Below are positions 16,933 to 27,092 of a stretch of DNA of 64,000 bases, in pieces. The position numbers were made by a program, and so were the translations under genes. A model generated the notes under the pieces. The model was not told where the DNA came from. It was given only the letters and a program-made list of their open reading frames with translations, and searched no databases. Within the stretch, counting starts at the first letter, position 1. Every line of letters starts with the position of its first letter. The DNA is from Candidatus Krumholzibacteriota bacterium (lineage in GTDB: Bacteria > Krumholzibacteriota > Krumholzibacteriia > JAJRXK01). The stretch lies in NCBI GenBank assembly GCA_963764625.1, contig CAVXTH010000006.1, positions 448,001 through 512,000 on the forward strand, in the 5' to 3' direction.

Positions 16933-19530
16933 TTAGTTCTTCGACTTCACGCGCTCCAGAGCGGCGAGCGCGGACTCTACGATTGCCTGCTCGTCCACCC
17001 CGAAGAACCGGCGCAGATTCTCTCGCGTATCGCTGCGCCCAAAGCCATCGGTGCCCAGGATCGAGAAATCCGCGTCGATCCAGCGACCGACTAGTTCGGG
17101 GACCGCGCGCAGGTAATCGGTGCTGGCGACGATGGGGCTATCCGGTGACTTGAAGAGCTGCTTCACCCAGGGGAGAGAGTCCTCGGGGGAACCCTCCTCT
17201 TCCCAGCGGAGCGCATCGCGCCGCAGTTCGGTCCAGGAAGTCACGCTGTACACGTCGGCGGCAACCGAGTGCTTCTTCTCCAGGACCTCCGCCGCGCTCA
17301 GGGCGGCGCGCAGGATGGGGCCGCTTCCCGCCAGCCGAACCCGTCGGTCGCTCTTCTTCGTGCTCTTGCGCAGGAGATAACCCCCGCGAACGATGCCCTC
17401 CTTGCTCTTGGGAGGCATCGCGGGCATGCGGTAGTTCTCGTTGTACAGCGTGATGTAGTAGAAGATCTCCTCGCCATCGCCGTACATCCGTTTCAATCCG
17501 TCTTCGATTATGGTCGCCGTTTCGAAGTGCCAGCATGGATCGTAAGCGCGGCATGAGGGCACGACTGAAGCCATCAGATGGCTGTGTCCATCCTGATGCT
17601 GCAGGCCCTCGCCGTTGAGCGTGGTGCGCCCCGCGGTGCCTCCCAGGAGAAAGCCCTTTCCGCGCGCGTCCGCGAACGCCCAGATGGAATCGGCGGTGCG
17701 TTGGAATCCGAACATGCTGTAAAAGATGTAGAAAGGCACCATGGGCTGTCGCAGGCTGGCGTACGCGGTTCCGGCGGCGGTCAGCGAGCCCACGCTGCCC
17801 GCTTCGTTGATGCCCTCCATGAGCAGCTGGCCCGTTTCGGATTCCCTGTAGCTGAGGAGCACCTCCGCGTCGACCGGCGTGTAGTTCTGTCCGATCGCCG
17901 AGTAGATTTTGAATTCGCGGAAGAGGCTCTCCATCCCGAAAGTCCGGGCTTCATCGGGAACGATGGGGACGATCCTCTTGCCGAAGTCCGCGTCCTTCAT
18001 CAGCTTCCGCAGGAGACGGACGAAGGCCATGGTGGTGGAGGCCTCCACCTTGTCTCCCGTGTCCTGCCTGAATTCCTCGTAGAGATCTTCCTTCGGGAGA
18101 TCGATCTCGACCGGGACCACGCGACGCAGCGGCAAGCATCCGCCCAAGCTCCTGCGTCTCTCCATCATGTACTCGATTTCCGGGCTCTTCGGACCGGGAT
18201 GATACAGCGGCGCGCTGGCGAGCTGAGCGTCGGGAATGGGAAGCTCGAGGCGATCGCGAAAGACCCTCAACTCCTCCGCGTTCAGCTGCTTCATCTGGTG
18301 CGTCACGTTCCGGGACTCGAAGTCCACCCCCAGGGTCCATCCCTTGACCGTCTTGGCCAGAATGCAGCTGGGAACTCCGGCCTGCTCGGTGGCGACCTTA
18401 TAGGCCGCGTAGAGCTTCCGGTAGTCGTGGCCGCCCCGTCGCAGCCGCCGGATCTGTTCGTCGCTCAGATGTTCCACCAGCTTCAGAAGCCTGGGATCGC
18501 TGCCGAAGAACTCCTCGCGAATCTTTCCCCCGTCCATGGTGGGGTAGCGCTGCCAATCCCCATCGAGGGTCTCCATCATCTTGTTCACGAGCACGCCATC
18601 GATGTCGTTGTGCAGTAGCTCGTCCCATTCCCGGCCCCAGATCACCTTGAAGACGTTCCATCCGGAACCGCGAAAACGGGCCTCCAGCTCCTGGATGATC
18701 TTCCCGTTCCCGCGCACCGGACCGTCCAGCCGTTGCAGGTTGCAGTTCACCACGAAAATGAGGTTGTCCAGGCCCTCGCGAGCGGCCAACGAAAGCGCGC
18801 CGAGCGCCTCTGGCTCGTCGGTCTCACCGTCGCCGAGGAAGGCCCAAACCCGGCTTCGTGAGGTGTCGGCCATACCGCGCTGGTGCATGTACTTCAGGAA
18901 GCGCGCCTGGTAGATGGCGTTCAAGGGGCCCAGTCCCATGGAGACGGTGGGGAACTCCCAGAATTCCGGCATGAGGCGCGGGTGGGGATACGACGACAGC
19001 CCCACACCCGAAGCCTCGCGGCGAAAACGATGGAGGATGTCCTCGCTGAGTCTGCCCTCGAGAAAGGCGCGGGCGTACATCCCAGGAGCGGCGTGGCCCT
19101 GGTAGAAGATGAAGTCGCCCAGCTCATCGCCATCCTTGCCGCGGAAAAAGTGATTGAATCCGACCTCGTAGAGACTGGCGGCCGAAGCGTAGGTCGAGAT
19201 GTGTCCGCCGAGTCCGTGGAACTCGCGGTTCGCGTGCGTCACCATGGCCGCCGCGTTCCAGCGGATCAGACGGCGGATCCGGCGCTCCATGTCCTCGTCC
19301 CCGGGGAAGGGAGGCTCCTGTTCGGGACTGATGCTGTTGATGTAGCGGGTGCTCACCGTTTGGGGAAGACCCAGGTGGAGCAGCCGCGCCCGCTTGAGAA
19401 TCTTGTACAGCAGAAACTGCGCGCGAAGCTTGCCCGACACTTCGGCCACCGAATCGAGGGCTTCGATCCACTCGGCAGTTTCCTCGGGGTCGAGATCGGG
19501 GAGCTGTTGCTTGAATTGATCAAAGACCAT
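16933..19530 (-). CDS. aceE: Pyruvate dehydrogenase E1, homodimeric type
   Basis: DPEETAEW, GGHISTYAS, YQGHAAPG, SSYPHP, ThDP motif GDGETDEPE...NCN, DEARTFG, GEGLQHQDG. Confidence 0.95.
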   Translation of the reverse strand: MVFDQFKQQLPDLDPEETAEWIEALDSVAEVSGKLRAQFLLYKILKRARLLHLGLPQTVSTRYINSISPEQEPPFPGDEDMERRIRRLIRWNAAAMVTHANREFHGLGGHISTYASAASLYEVGFNHFFRGKDGDELGDFIFYQGHAAPGMYARAFLEGRLSEDILHRFRREASGVGLSSYPHPRLMPEFWEFPTVSMGLGPLNAIYQARFLKYMHQRGMADTSRSRVWAFLGDGETDEPEALGALSLAAREGLDNLIFVVNCNLQRLDGPVRGNGKIIQELEARFRGSGWNVFKVIWGREWDELLHNDIDGVLVNKMMETLDGDWQRYPTMDGGKIREEFFGSDPRLLKLVEHLSDEQIRRLRRGGHDYRKLYAAYKVATEQAGVPSCILAKTVKGWTLGVDFESRNVTHQMKQLNAEELRVFRDRLELPIPDAQLASAPLYHPGPKSPEIEYMMERRRSLGGCLPLRRVVPVEIDLPKEDLYEEFRQDTGDKVEASTTMAFVRLLRKLMKDADFGKRIVPIVPDEARTFGMESLFREFKIYSAIGQNYTPVDAEVLLSYRESETGQLLMEGINEAGSVGSLTAAGTAYASLRQPMVPFYIFYSMFGFQRTADSIWAFADARGKGFLLGGTAGRTTLNGEGLQHQDGHSHLMASVVPSCRAYDPCWHFETATIIEDGLKRMYGDGEEIFYYITLYNENYRMPAMPPKSKEGIVRGGYLLRKSTKKSDRRVRLAGSGPILRAALSAAEVLEKKHSVAADVYSVTSWTELRRDALRWEEEGSPEDSLPWVKQLFKSPDSPIVASTDYLRAVPELVGRWIDADFSILGTDGFGRSDTRENLRRFFGVDEQAIVESALAALERVKSKN

Positions 19531-19801
19531 GGGCTCTCACTTCCATGTCGGACGCAGGCGCGCGCGCCTCTGTTCACGATTCTCGCGCGGGAACTCGATC
19601 AGCCTCTAGGGGTGAAAGGAGCGCTTGGACTTACAAGCTGTAGGCATTACTTCTAGCAAAAGCTGCTGCCTACGGCCAGCGATCGTGCTAGCTTACTCCC
19701 TGACCCAAAATGGGAAGCTTCGCGGGAACCGACTCCGCGTCTCCCGAGTTCAGTTCGAGCTGGCCAACGTGGTAGCCCGTTTAATTTCAAGGAGTTGAGG
19801 G

Positions 19802-20584
19802 ATGAAAATCCTGTGTTGCGTGAAGCAAGTGCCGGAGAAGGACGCCCGCGTGCGGATCTCCTCGGACGGCGCCTGGATCGTCGAGGACGGGCTCGCTTTC
19901 GCCCTCAGTGAATGCGATCGCTACGGCGTGGAGGCCGCTCTCCGCCTGAAGGAGAGCGCGGGTGGGGAGGTTGCGGTGCTCTCTCTGGGAGGCGAGCGGG
20001 TCTCCAAGGGAATCAAGGAGGCGCTTGCGATGGGCTGTGACCGCGCGATCCACGTGCAGAGCGACGCGTTCGCGCGAGCGGACGCCATCACCATCGCCAG
20101 AGTGATCGCGGCCGCGGTGAATGATGAGAACTTCGATCTGGTTTTGGTCGGAGTGCAATCGGACGACCTGGGCTACAACGCGGTGGGGCCGGCTCTCGCG
20201 GAATTCCTGAATGCCCGCCACGTTCAGATCGTGCTGAGCCTCGAGCCGGCCGGGGAGAGCGCGTTGAAAATTACGCACGAGCTCGACAACAACCTCATCG
20301 AAACCGCCGAACTGAGTCTGCCGGCGGTGCTCGGGGTGCAAAGCGGTATCCTGGACGTCCGCTACGCTTCGCTCAAGGGAATCATGGGCGCGGCCTCCAA
20401 ACCCCTCAAGAAGCTCTCGGTGGAAGATCTGGGACTTTCGGAAAAGGAACTGGTTTCGAAAGTGAAGATCGAGAGTCTGTCTCTTCCCCAGAAGACGAGT
20501 CAGGCCGAGATGATCGAGGGTGACCCGGCGACCATGGCGCACACTCTCTTGAAGAAACTCAAGACCGAGGCCAAGGTTCTCTAG
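19802..20584 (+). CDS. etfB: Electron transfer flavoprotein beta subunit
   Basis: MKILCCVKQVP, ALAMGCDRA, GVQSDD, RYASLKGIM. Confidence 0.93.
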   Translation: MKILCCVKQVPEKDARVRISSDGAWIVEDGLAFALSECDRYGVEAALRLKESAGGEVAVLSLGGERVSKGIKEALAMGCDRAIHVQSDAFARADAITIARVIAAAVNDENFDLVLVGVQSDDLGYNAVGPALAEFLNARHVQIVLSLEPAGESALKITHELDNNLIETAELSLPAVLGVQSGILDVRYASLKGIMGAASKPLKKLSVEDLGLSEKELVSKVKIESLSLPQKTSQAEMIEGDPATMAHTLLKKLKTEAKVL

Positions 20585-20597
20585 GGAGGATGGAAGA

Positions 20598-21575
20598 ATG
20601 GCGAAGCAGATTTTGGTCATCGCTGAGGTTCGCGACGGCGCACTCAAGCCCATCACGAAGGAAGCCCTCACCGCTGCGCTGTCGGTGGCGTCCGATCCTA
20701 AAGATGTGAAGGCGGTCTTGCTGGGCGAGGGACTCGACAAGCTGGCGCAGGAACTCTGCGCGTTCGCTCCGGGTGGCGTGCTCTATCTCGAAAATCCCGG
20801 GCTGAAGTCCTACACTCCCGAGACCTACGTTTCCGCGCTGAAGCAAGTGGTGCAAGACGGCTCGGTGGATCTTCTGTTCACCGGACACTCCTACCAGGCC
20901 ATCGACTTCTTTCCCCGTTTGGCCGCGACGCTCGACGCAGCGTTCATTCCCGACTGCACTGGCATCGAGAGCGACGACAATGGACTGATCTTCAACCGCA
21001 AAGTCTTCAATGGAAAACTCGATGCGCGCTGTCGAGTCCAGTCCGAGGGAATCGTGCTTGCGAGTCTGCAGCAGGGCGCGTTTCCTCCGGGAGACGCCCC
21101 TGGCGGCGGAAGTGTCGAGAAGCGCGACGTCGACCTGACGGGCGTCGAGGCCCGCAAAATCCTCTCGATCGAAGCGGGGGGCACGGGAGAAGTCGATCTC
21201 TCCGAAGCCGACATCATCGTTTCCGGTGGACGTGGGGTGGGGGACAAGGACAAGTTCCAGGTGGTGTTCCAGCTCGCCGAAGCACTCGGGGCCGCGGTGG
21301 GCGCATCCCGTCCGCCGTGCGACAGTGCATGGGTCGAGTCCTTCCGGCAGATCGGCTCCTCGGGCCAGGTCGTGGCGCCGAAGCTCTACATCGCGCTGGG
21401 AATTTCCGGAGCCATCCAGCACCTGGTGGGGATGCGCGGTTCGCAATGTATCGTGGCCGTCAACAAGGATCCCAACGCCGCCATCTTCCAGGAGGCGAGC
21501 TACGGCTTGGTGGGTGACCTCCATGAAATCGTGCCGGCTCTCATCGAGGCCGTCAACGAGGCGCGGGAAGCGTAG
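20598..21575 (+). CDS. etfA: Electron transfer flavoprotein alpha subunit
   Basis: ADIIVSGGRG, GASR, QIGSSG, PKLYIALGISGAIQHLVGM, VNKDPNA. Confidence 0.95.
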   Translation: MAKQILVIAEVRDGALKPITKEALTAALSVASDPKDVKAVLLGEGLDKLAQELCAFAPGGVLYLENPGLKSYTPETYVSALKQVVQDGSVDLLFTGHSYQAIDFFPRLAATLDAAFIPDCTGIESDDNGLIFNRKVFNGKLDARCRVQSEGIVLASLQQGAFPPGDAPGGGSVEKRDVDLTGVEARKILSIEAGGTGEVDLSEADIIVSGGRGVGDKDKFQVVFQLAEALGAAVGASRPPCDSAWVESFRQIGSSGQVVAPKLYIALGISGAIQHLVGMRGSQCIVAVNKDPNAAIFQEASYGLVGDLHEIVPALIEAVNEAREA

Positions 21576-21578
21576 GAC

Positions 21579-22841
21579 TTGTCACAGTTCTTCCAACCGC
21601 CGGAGATCGACACGGGAAACTCGCAACGGGTCACCGCGGTAGCGGGGCTTTCCGCACTTTACGGTCTCCGGCTTCTGGGCATGTACCTGGTCTTGCCCGT
21701 GCTCAGCCTTTACGCCGCGAACTTGAGGGGAGAGACCGCTCTTTTGATCGGGATGAGCCTGGGGATCTACGGCTTCTCCCAGGCGCTCTTTCAAATCCCC
21801 TTCGGTATATGGAGTGATCGCTACGGCCGGCGCCGCGTCATCGCGATGGGGCTCCTTCTCTTCGCGATCGGGAGCGCGGTGGCGGCCCAAACCCATTCCA
21901 TCTACGGCCTCATTCTCGGGCGCTTTCTGCAGGGTTCTGGCGCGGTCGCGTCCGCTTTGGTGGCACTCATGGCCGACCTCAGCGGCCCGCGCTACCGCGC
22001 TCGGGCCATGGGAGCGGTTGGCGTTTCGGTGGGCATCGCGTTCGCCATGGGGATGGTGTTCGGGCCGGCCGTCTATCAGCGCATGGGAGCGCCCGCGATC
22101 TTCTGGCTCACGGCGATCCTCTCGGTGCTGGGAGTCATCTACGTCGGAGTCGGCGTCCCCAAGGTGCGAGAGTGGGAACACGACCACGAGATGGAATGGA
22201 CGAGGGGCCAGAGCACCACCCTCTTGCACCACCCGACCCTCCTGCGTCTCGACGCCGGTATCCTGGTCCTCCACCTCCTGGTGACCGCAGCTTTCGTGGT
22301 GGGGCCGACCTACCTGTCTCTGTACCGGCCGGTGGAGCAGCACGGCAGCATCTATGCCCCGATCGTCCTGGCCGGGGTGGTGGTCCTGGCCATCTCGGTT
22401 TTCGTCTCGGATCGCTTCGGTCGCCTGCGAGAAGCCATCGTCCTGGGGGGCATCCTGCTGTTGGCCTCCGCGGTGTTTTTGCTCTTCGCGACGAGGGGTC
22501 TGGTGTACTCCGTGGCGGTCATTGCCTGCATGGTTGGCGGCATCGCGATCGCCGAGCCGGCCATGCCGGCGCTCCTCACCAGTCTCGTCTCTGCCGATCA
22601 GCGCGGGACCGCGGCCGGCATCTTCCACACTTCACAGTTCACGGGCTCTTTTCTGGGAGGGATGGCGGGCGGCGCGATGCTGCGCCACCCGAAACCGGTG
22701 GGACTGGTGTTGGTCGGGATAGCCTGTATCTGGGTCGTGATCAGTTTGGGTCTGCTCTCCAAGAGGAGCTCGAAGCTCAGTTCCAGTTCCGCCGCGCCTG
22801 CCAGCGGGCGTGAAGGGAAAACGCCAGGGGGGCGAGACTGA
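21579..22841 (+). CDS. MFS transporter, YajR-like
   Basis: LRLLGMYLVLPVL, GIYGFSQALFQIPFGIWSDRYGRR, GRFLQGSGA. Confidence 0.85.
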   Translation: MSQFFQPPEIDTGNSQRVTAVAGLSALYGLRLLGMYLVLPVLSLYAANLRGETALLIGMSLGIYGFSQALFQIPFGIWSDRYGRRRVIAMGLLLFAIGSAVAAQTHSIYGLILGRFLQGSGAVASALVALMADLSGPRYRARAMGAVGVSVGIAFAMGMVFGPAVYQRMGAPAIFWLTAILSVLGVIYVGVGVPKVREWEHDHEMEWTRGQSTTLLHHPTLLRLDAGILVLHLLVTAAFVVGPTYLSLYRPVEQHGSIYAPIVLAGVVVLAISVFVSDRFGRLREAIVLGGILLLASAVFLLFATRGLVYSVAVIACMVGGIAIAEPAMPALLTSLVSADQRGTAAGIFHTSQFTGSFLGGMAGGAMLRHPKPVGLVLVGIACIWVVISLGLLSKRSSKLSSSSAAPASGREGKTPGGRD

Positions 22842-23733
22842 GCGCCAGGATCCAACCCGCGATCGCGTCGACTCCATAGTGAAACCCACCATAGACCGTG
22901 CCCACCGTCAGGGCCGGGACGAGCGCGGCGAGAAACCACCCCGCACGGCTGCGCGCCCTGAGCACCGTGATCCAGCAAATGGCGGCCACGGCGCAGTGCG
23001 AACTGGGGAAGGCCGTTCCCACCGAGGAGCCCGAATGCAGAATGGAGTGCACCAGAGGGGGAAAGAAGCGTCCCATGCTCGTGGGATCCGGTTCGGGGAA
23101 GTGGTGGAAGGGTCCCGCCACGGGAAACCCGATGAACACCAGCTGGCAGGCCACGAATACCAGCAGGAGGGCGCTGAGGTATTCCTCGACTTCCCTCCAG
23201 CGTCCGCCCAGGGCGAAGGCTACCAGGGGGGTCGGGATGATGATGTAATAGCTTAGGTAAGCAAAGTGAAGATATTCGGATAAAAGGAGATAAGGCATCC
23301 TTTGGTGAAGCACCAAGGGGAGTACCTGGCCGTGAAATAGCGCGCGTTCGAGTCCCAGGATCGTCTCGTCGAAATAGCGGGAGGCGAAGAACATGTCGTT
23401 GAGGTCGCGGGCCTCGGCATAGAGCAGAGGGATGAAGAGGAGGGGGAGGATCCTGCGGGCCCAGGCCACAAACCGATTCTCGATGCGCGCCGGCGCACGG
23501 TGCAGGACGAGGAGAAAGAGAACGATCGCGAGATTGCCCGCCAGCAAGCGCACCCAATGAGCGACCCCCGCGTGAAAGAACGGCAACAGGAGCACCGTCA
23601 ATAACAGATACGCCCCCACGATGCCCTCGGAAGGGCGGAGACCCCGGCCGAACTGATCCGCCGCGAGGATGCCGGGTGCACCTGTCGTCGCTGGCTTCGC
23701 GGCCGAACCCGCTTTGCGGGGGCGCGCGTTCAT
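22777..23733 (-). CDS. PAP2-superfamily membrane phosphotransferase, AUR1/IPC-synthase-like (PAP2_3)
   Basis: Multi-TM protein; FPVAGP, AFPSSH and GTVYGGFHYGVD correspond to the AUR1-type H/H/D motifs; no KxxxxxxRP phosphatase motif. ATG 23733 overlaps the upstream stop (ATGA). Confidence 0.75.
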   Translation of the reverse strand: MNARPRKAGSAAKPATTGAPGILAADQFGRGLRPSEGIVGAYLLLTVLLLPFFHAGVAHWVRLLAGNLAIVLFLLVLHRAPARIENRFVAWARRILPLLFIPLLYAEARDLNDMFFASRYFDETILGLERALFHGQVLPLVLHQRMPYLLLSEYLHFAYLSYYIIIPTPLVAFALGGRWREVEEYLSALLLVFVACQLVFIGFPVAGPFHHFPEPDPTSMGRFFPPLVHSILHSGSSVGTAFPSSHCAVAAICWITVLRARSRAGWFLAALVPALTVGTVYGGFHYGVDAIAGWILALSLAPLAFSLHARWQARRNWN

Positions 23734-24707
23734 AGCCACCCTGCCTCCCGGTACCAGTCCATCGTCGCGCGCATTCCCTCCGCGAGCTCAACTTGGGGCC
23801 GGTAGGCGAAACGCGCGGCTGCTGCCTCACTGCTGCAGCTGTACGAGCGCGCGCAGAAATCGCGCGCTTTCTCCCTTCCGAACATGGCCTGACGTCCCAA
23901 GAGGCTGTGCGCGGCGTCGTTCACCGCTCCGGCGGTGCGAACCAACCAATCGGGGAGGGTGAGGACGAAGACGCGGCGTCCCGCCGCGCCGGTGAGAGCG
24001 GCTCCGATCTCTGTCCAGCTGTGCGGCGTTCCGTCGCTGAGAAAATAGGTTCCGATCCCGCCCTCATGCTGCGAGGCGGCCACCATGCCCGTCACCAGAT
24101 CCTGCACGTGGATCAGGGAGAGCAGCCGTTCGCCCGATCCCACGCAGAACGCGAAACCACGGGCTGCTAGGGCGAAGAGAGGAAGCGTGGCCGCGTCGCG
24201 CGGTCCGTACACCGCTGGCGGCCGAATCACGGTCAGCGCCGGTCCCGAGAGCGCGCGCAGGGCGACCTCGGCCTCCAGTTTGGAGCGGCCGTACAGACTG
24301 TGGGGATGAGGCCGATCCTCTTCGCGATAGACGCGTCCCTCCCCGCCAGCTCCCATGGCCGCCAAGCTGGACACGAAGATGAAGCGTCCCTGCGCGGGGG
24401 CGAACTGGGCGAAACGGCGATAGAGAGTGAGGGTGGCGTCGACGTTCACGCGGCGAAAAGTCTCTCGGCGCGCTGCCTTAAGCACCGCCGCGACGTGAAA
24501 TACGCGGTCGACCCCGTGTAGGGCGGCTTCGGGAATTTCCCCTTGGGCAAGCTCTCCGTGGTGGATTTCCACTCGATCCGTGTCCAGGAACCGTAGCTTC
24601 GAACTCTTGCGGACCAGCGCGCGAACCTCGTGCCCTTGGCGCAGAAGTTCGTCCACGAGATGGCTTCCCACAAAACCGTTGGCGCCGGTGACCAGGACTG
24701 CCACCAC
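23730..24707 (-). CDS. Extended SDR / NAD-dependent epimerase-dehydratase; candidate ceramide (3-keto) reductase, CerR-like
   Basis: TGANGFVG, VSSLAA, catalytic YGRSK, VYGPRD. Operon context with spt and the GNAT. Confidence 0.75.
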   Translation of the reverse strand: MVAVLVTGANGFVGSHLVDELLRQGHEVRALVRKSSKLRFLDTDRVEIHHGELAQGEIPEAALHGVDRVFHVAAVLKAARRETFRRVNVDATLTLYRRFAQFAPAQGRFIFVSSLAAMGAGGEGRVYREEDRPHPHSLYGRSKLEAEVALRALSGPALTVIRPPAVYGPRDAATLPLFALAARGFAFCVGSGERLLSLIHVQDLVTGMVAASQHEGGIGTYFLSDGTPHSWTEIGAALTGAAGRRVFVLTLPDWLVRTAGAVNDAAHSLLGRQAMFGREKARDFCARSYSCSSEAAAARFAYRPQVELAEGMRATMDWYREAGWL

Positions 24708-24713
24708 AGGACC

Positions 24714-25835
24714 TCAGAGTTCTTTCTGATAGATGCGGTAGGTGCGGTAGGGCTCCCCGGCTAATTTCTGCAGGGGAACGATCATTGGCACGTTGTCTTC
24801 CAACACCCAGGAGCATTCGGCCCAATCGTAACCCTTGGCCAAGCCTGCCTTCACCACCGCCTGGATGAGAACACCATCGAGTCCCTTGCCTCGCATTTCG
24901 GGGACGATGCCCAGAGTGACGACCCGAATGCCGTCGATCTTGCGTTTGTGCCACAAGATCTTCAAGAGCCCCAGGGGGAAGAGGCGACCGTTGGCTTGCT
25001 TCAGGGCCACGTTCAGATCGGGCAGAGCCAGGATGAACCCCAGGGGTTCTCCGCTCTCGACGTGCTCCAGGAAGAAGACGACATCGGGGTCGATGCCGTA
25101 ACGGAGTTCGGAAGCGAAGTGACGGACTTCGCTCTCGGTCATGGGAACGAAGCCCCAGTTCTTCTCCCAGCAGCGGTTGTAGAGATCGAGTATGCGGTCA
25201 ACTTCCTTGGGGAAGTCCTTCATGTTCAAGCCACGCAGACGCACCCCGTGTCGTGCGATCAGTTTGTCCGCCAGCGCCAACAGTCGATCGAGCTCGGGAC
25301 TCCGGCGCACTTTGAAGGCCAAGAGGTCCTTCGCTTTGCTCAAACCCGCCGCTTCGTATCGCGCCGGATACCAGGAAGGATTGTAGTTCATCATGATCAC
25401 GGGGGGACCCGGTTCACCGCCCACCAAGAGACCGCAGCTCTCGTTGGTGGAGAGCTCGAACGGACCGAGCGCATGACTTCGACCTCTGGATTTCAACCAG
25501 GAGAAAGCCTCTTCGAACAGAGCCGCCGAGGCTTCGTCATCCTCGCGCAGCGCATCGTGAAACCCGAAGAATCCCACTTCGTCGCCGTGGAATTCGTTGT
25601 GGGCCCGGTTGACTTGCGCCACTACCCGGCCCACCACTTTCCCGTCGCGCCAGGCGAGAAATGGCTGAACCTCGCCGTGTTCATGGAAGGGGTGTTGCCC
25701 GGGAGTGAGCAACTTGCTCTGGTCGGACTTGAGCGGTGGCACCCAGTACGGATCATCCCGGTAGATTTGCCAAGCCAAGTCGATGAATCGCTTGAGATCG
25801 GCGCGACCCTGTACCGGACGGATCGTAAGACTCAT
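24714..25835 (-). CDS. Tandem-GNAT acyltransferase (YghO-like); candidate bacterial ceramide synthase, bCerS-like
   Basis: DPYWVPPL, HPF, GFFG, GPF..STNE.CGLL, MNYNP.WY, WEKNWGFVP, SWVLEDN. Directly downstream of spt. Confidence 0.78.
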   Translation of the reverse strand: MSLTIRPVQGRADLKRFIDLAWQIYRDDPYWVPPLKSDQSKLLTPGQHPFHEHGEVQPFLAWRDGKVVGRVVAQVNRAHNEFHGDEVGFFGFHDALREDDEASAALFEEAFSWLKSRGRSHALGPFELSTNESCGLLVGGEPGPPVIMMNYNPSWYPARYEAAGLSKAKDLLAFKVRRSPELDRLLALADKLIARHGVRLRGLNMKDFPKEVDRILDLYNRCWEKNWGFVPMTESEVRHFASELRYGIDPDVVFFLEHVESGEPLGFILALPDLNVALKQANGRLFPLGLLKILWHKRKIDGIRVVTLGIVPEMRGKGLDGVLIQAVVKAGLAKGYDWAECSWVLEDNVPMIVPLQKLAGEPYRTYRIYQKEL

Positions 25836-25856
25836 GAATGCTCCCCACGCAACGGC

Positions 25857-27086
25857 TCAGATGAGCCCAAGTTCCTTGCCGACCCGGCGGAAGATCTCGA
25901 GCGCGCGGTGCAGTTGATCGTCGGTGTGGGTGGCGATGTACGAGGTCCGTAGCAGGGCTCTGCCTTCGGGGACCGCGGGGGAAACCACGGGGTTGGTGAA
26001 GACTCCGCCGTCCAGAAGTGTCCTCCACAACTGGAAGGCCATTCTCGACTCACCGATGACGATGGGGATGATGGGCGTCTCGGTCAATCCCACGTCCCAA
26101 CCCATTCCCGTCAGTTCGTTCTTCATCAGGTTCTGAATTTCCCATAAACGGACGCGTCGTTCGGGTTCGGTCCGGATGATCTCGAGACTCTTGAGGACCG
26201 TGGCCACTGCGTAGGGGGGGATGGCGGCGGAGAAGATCATGGGGCGAGCGTTGTGGCGCAGGAAATCGATGACCGCGCTGTCGCCCGCCATGAATCCCCC
26301 GATCGAAGCGAAGGACTTGGAGAAGGTCCCCATGATGAGATCGGTCTCGGCGGCCAGACCGAAATGATCGGTCACTCCCGCCCCCTTGGGGCCGACGACC
26401 CCCAGCGAATGGGCTTCGTCGACGAGGACGCGCGCGCCAGAGGCATGGGCCAGCTCCACAACCTGGGGGAGCGGCGTCAAGTCCCCGTCCATCGAAAAGA
26501 CCCCGTCGACTGCGATGAGCACTCCCCGGTTGGTGGGAATCCGCTGGAGTTGATCGGCCAGGTCGCGCATGTCGTTGTGCCTAAAGCGCGCGACTTGGCC
26601 GGCGGCCATCATCGCGCCGTCCACGATACAGGCGTGATCCAGCTTGTCGATGAGCGCCGTGTCGTCGCGACCCACCAACGCCGCGATGCAACCCAAGTTG
26701 GTTTGATAGCCGGTGGAGAAGACGAGGCTCTCTTCCTTGCCCACGAACTCCGCCAACTCGGCTTCGAGCTTCAGGTGGAGGTCGAGCGTGCCGTTCAAGA
26801 AGCGGCTTCCGGTGCAGCCGGCGCCATAGGATCGGGCGGCTGCCTCACCCGCCTCCAGCACGCGAGGATCGTGGGTGAGTCCCAGATAGTTGTTGGAGCC
26901 CAGCATGACCACCGGCTTGCCGGCGATCGTCACTTCGGTTCCTTCGCTGCCCTCGATGGGAATGAAATAGGGATACAATCCCGTGGCGCGAGTCTCCCGG
27001 GCTCGGGTGTAAGAGGCTGCCTTCTGGAAGACATCCTCGCGCTCTTGGGTGTTGGGTTTGCGACTCGTCTGTGGATTTGGATTCAT
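25857..27086 (-). CDS. spt: Serine palmitoyltransferase (alpha-oxoamine synthase family)
   Basis: GLYPYF, GSNNYLGLT, GSRFLNGTLDLH, DHACIVD, DEAH, PLP-lysine motif GTFSKSFASIGG, RTSY; resembles Bacteroidota/Sphingomonas SPT. No bio or tdh neighbours. Confidence 0.8.
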   Translation of the reverse strand: MNPNPQTSRKPNTQEREDVFQKAASYTRARETRATGLYPYFIPIEGSEGTEVTIAGKPVVMLGSNNYLGLTHDPRVLEAGEAAARSYGAGCTGSRFLNGTLDLHLKLEAELAEFVGKEESLVFSTGYQTNLGCIAALVGRDDTALIDKLDHACIVDGAMMAAGQVARFRHNDMRDLADQLQRIPTNRGVLIAVDGVFSMDGDLTPLPQVVELAHASGARVLVDEAHSLGVVGPKGAGVTDHFGLAAETDLIMGTFSKSFASIGGFMAGDSAVIDFLRHNARPMIFSAAIPPYAVATVLKSLEIIRTEPERRVRLWEIQNLMKNELTGMGWDVGLTETPIIPIVIGESRMAFQLWRTLLDGGVFTNPVVSPAVPEGRALLRTSYIATHTDDQLHRALEIFRRVGKELGLI

Positions 27087-27092
27087 CGATTC

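Noticed and set aside
25857-27086. Annotation as BioF or Kbl
   Set aside because: No biotin or threonine-dehydrogenase neighbours; the motifs and the GNAT/SDR/PAP2 context fit SPT better. Not formally excluded without a phylogeny.
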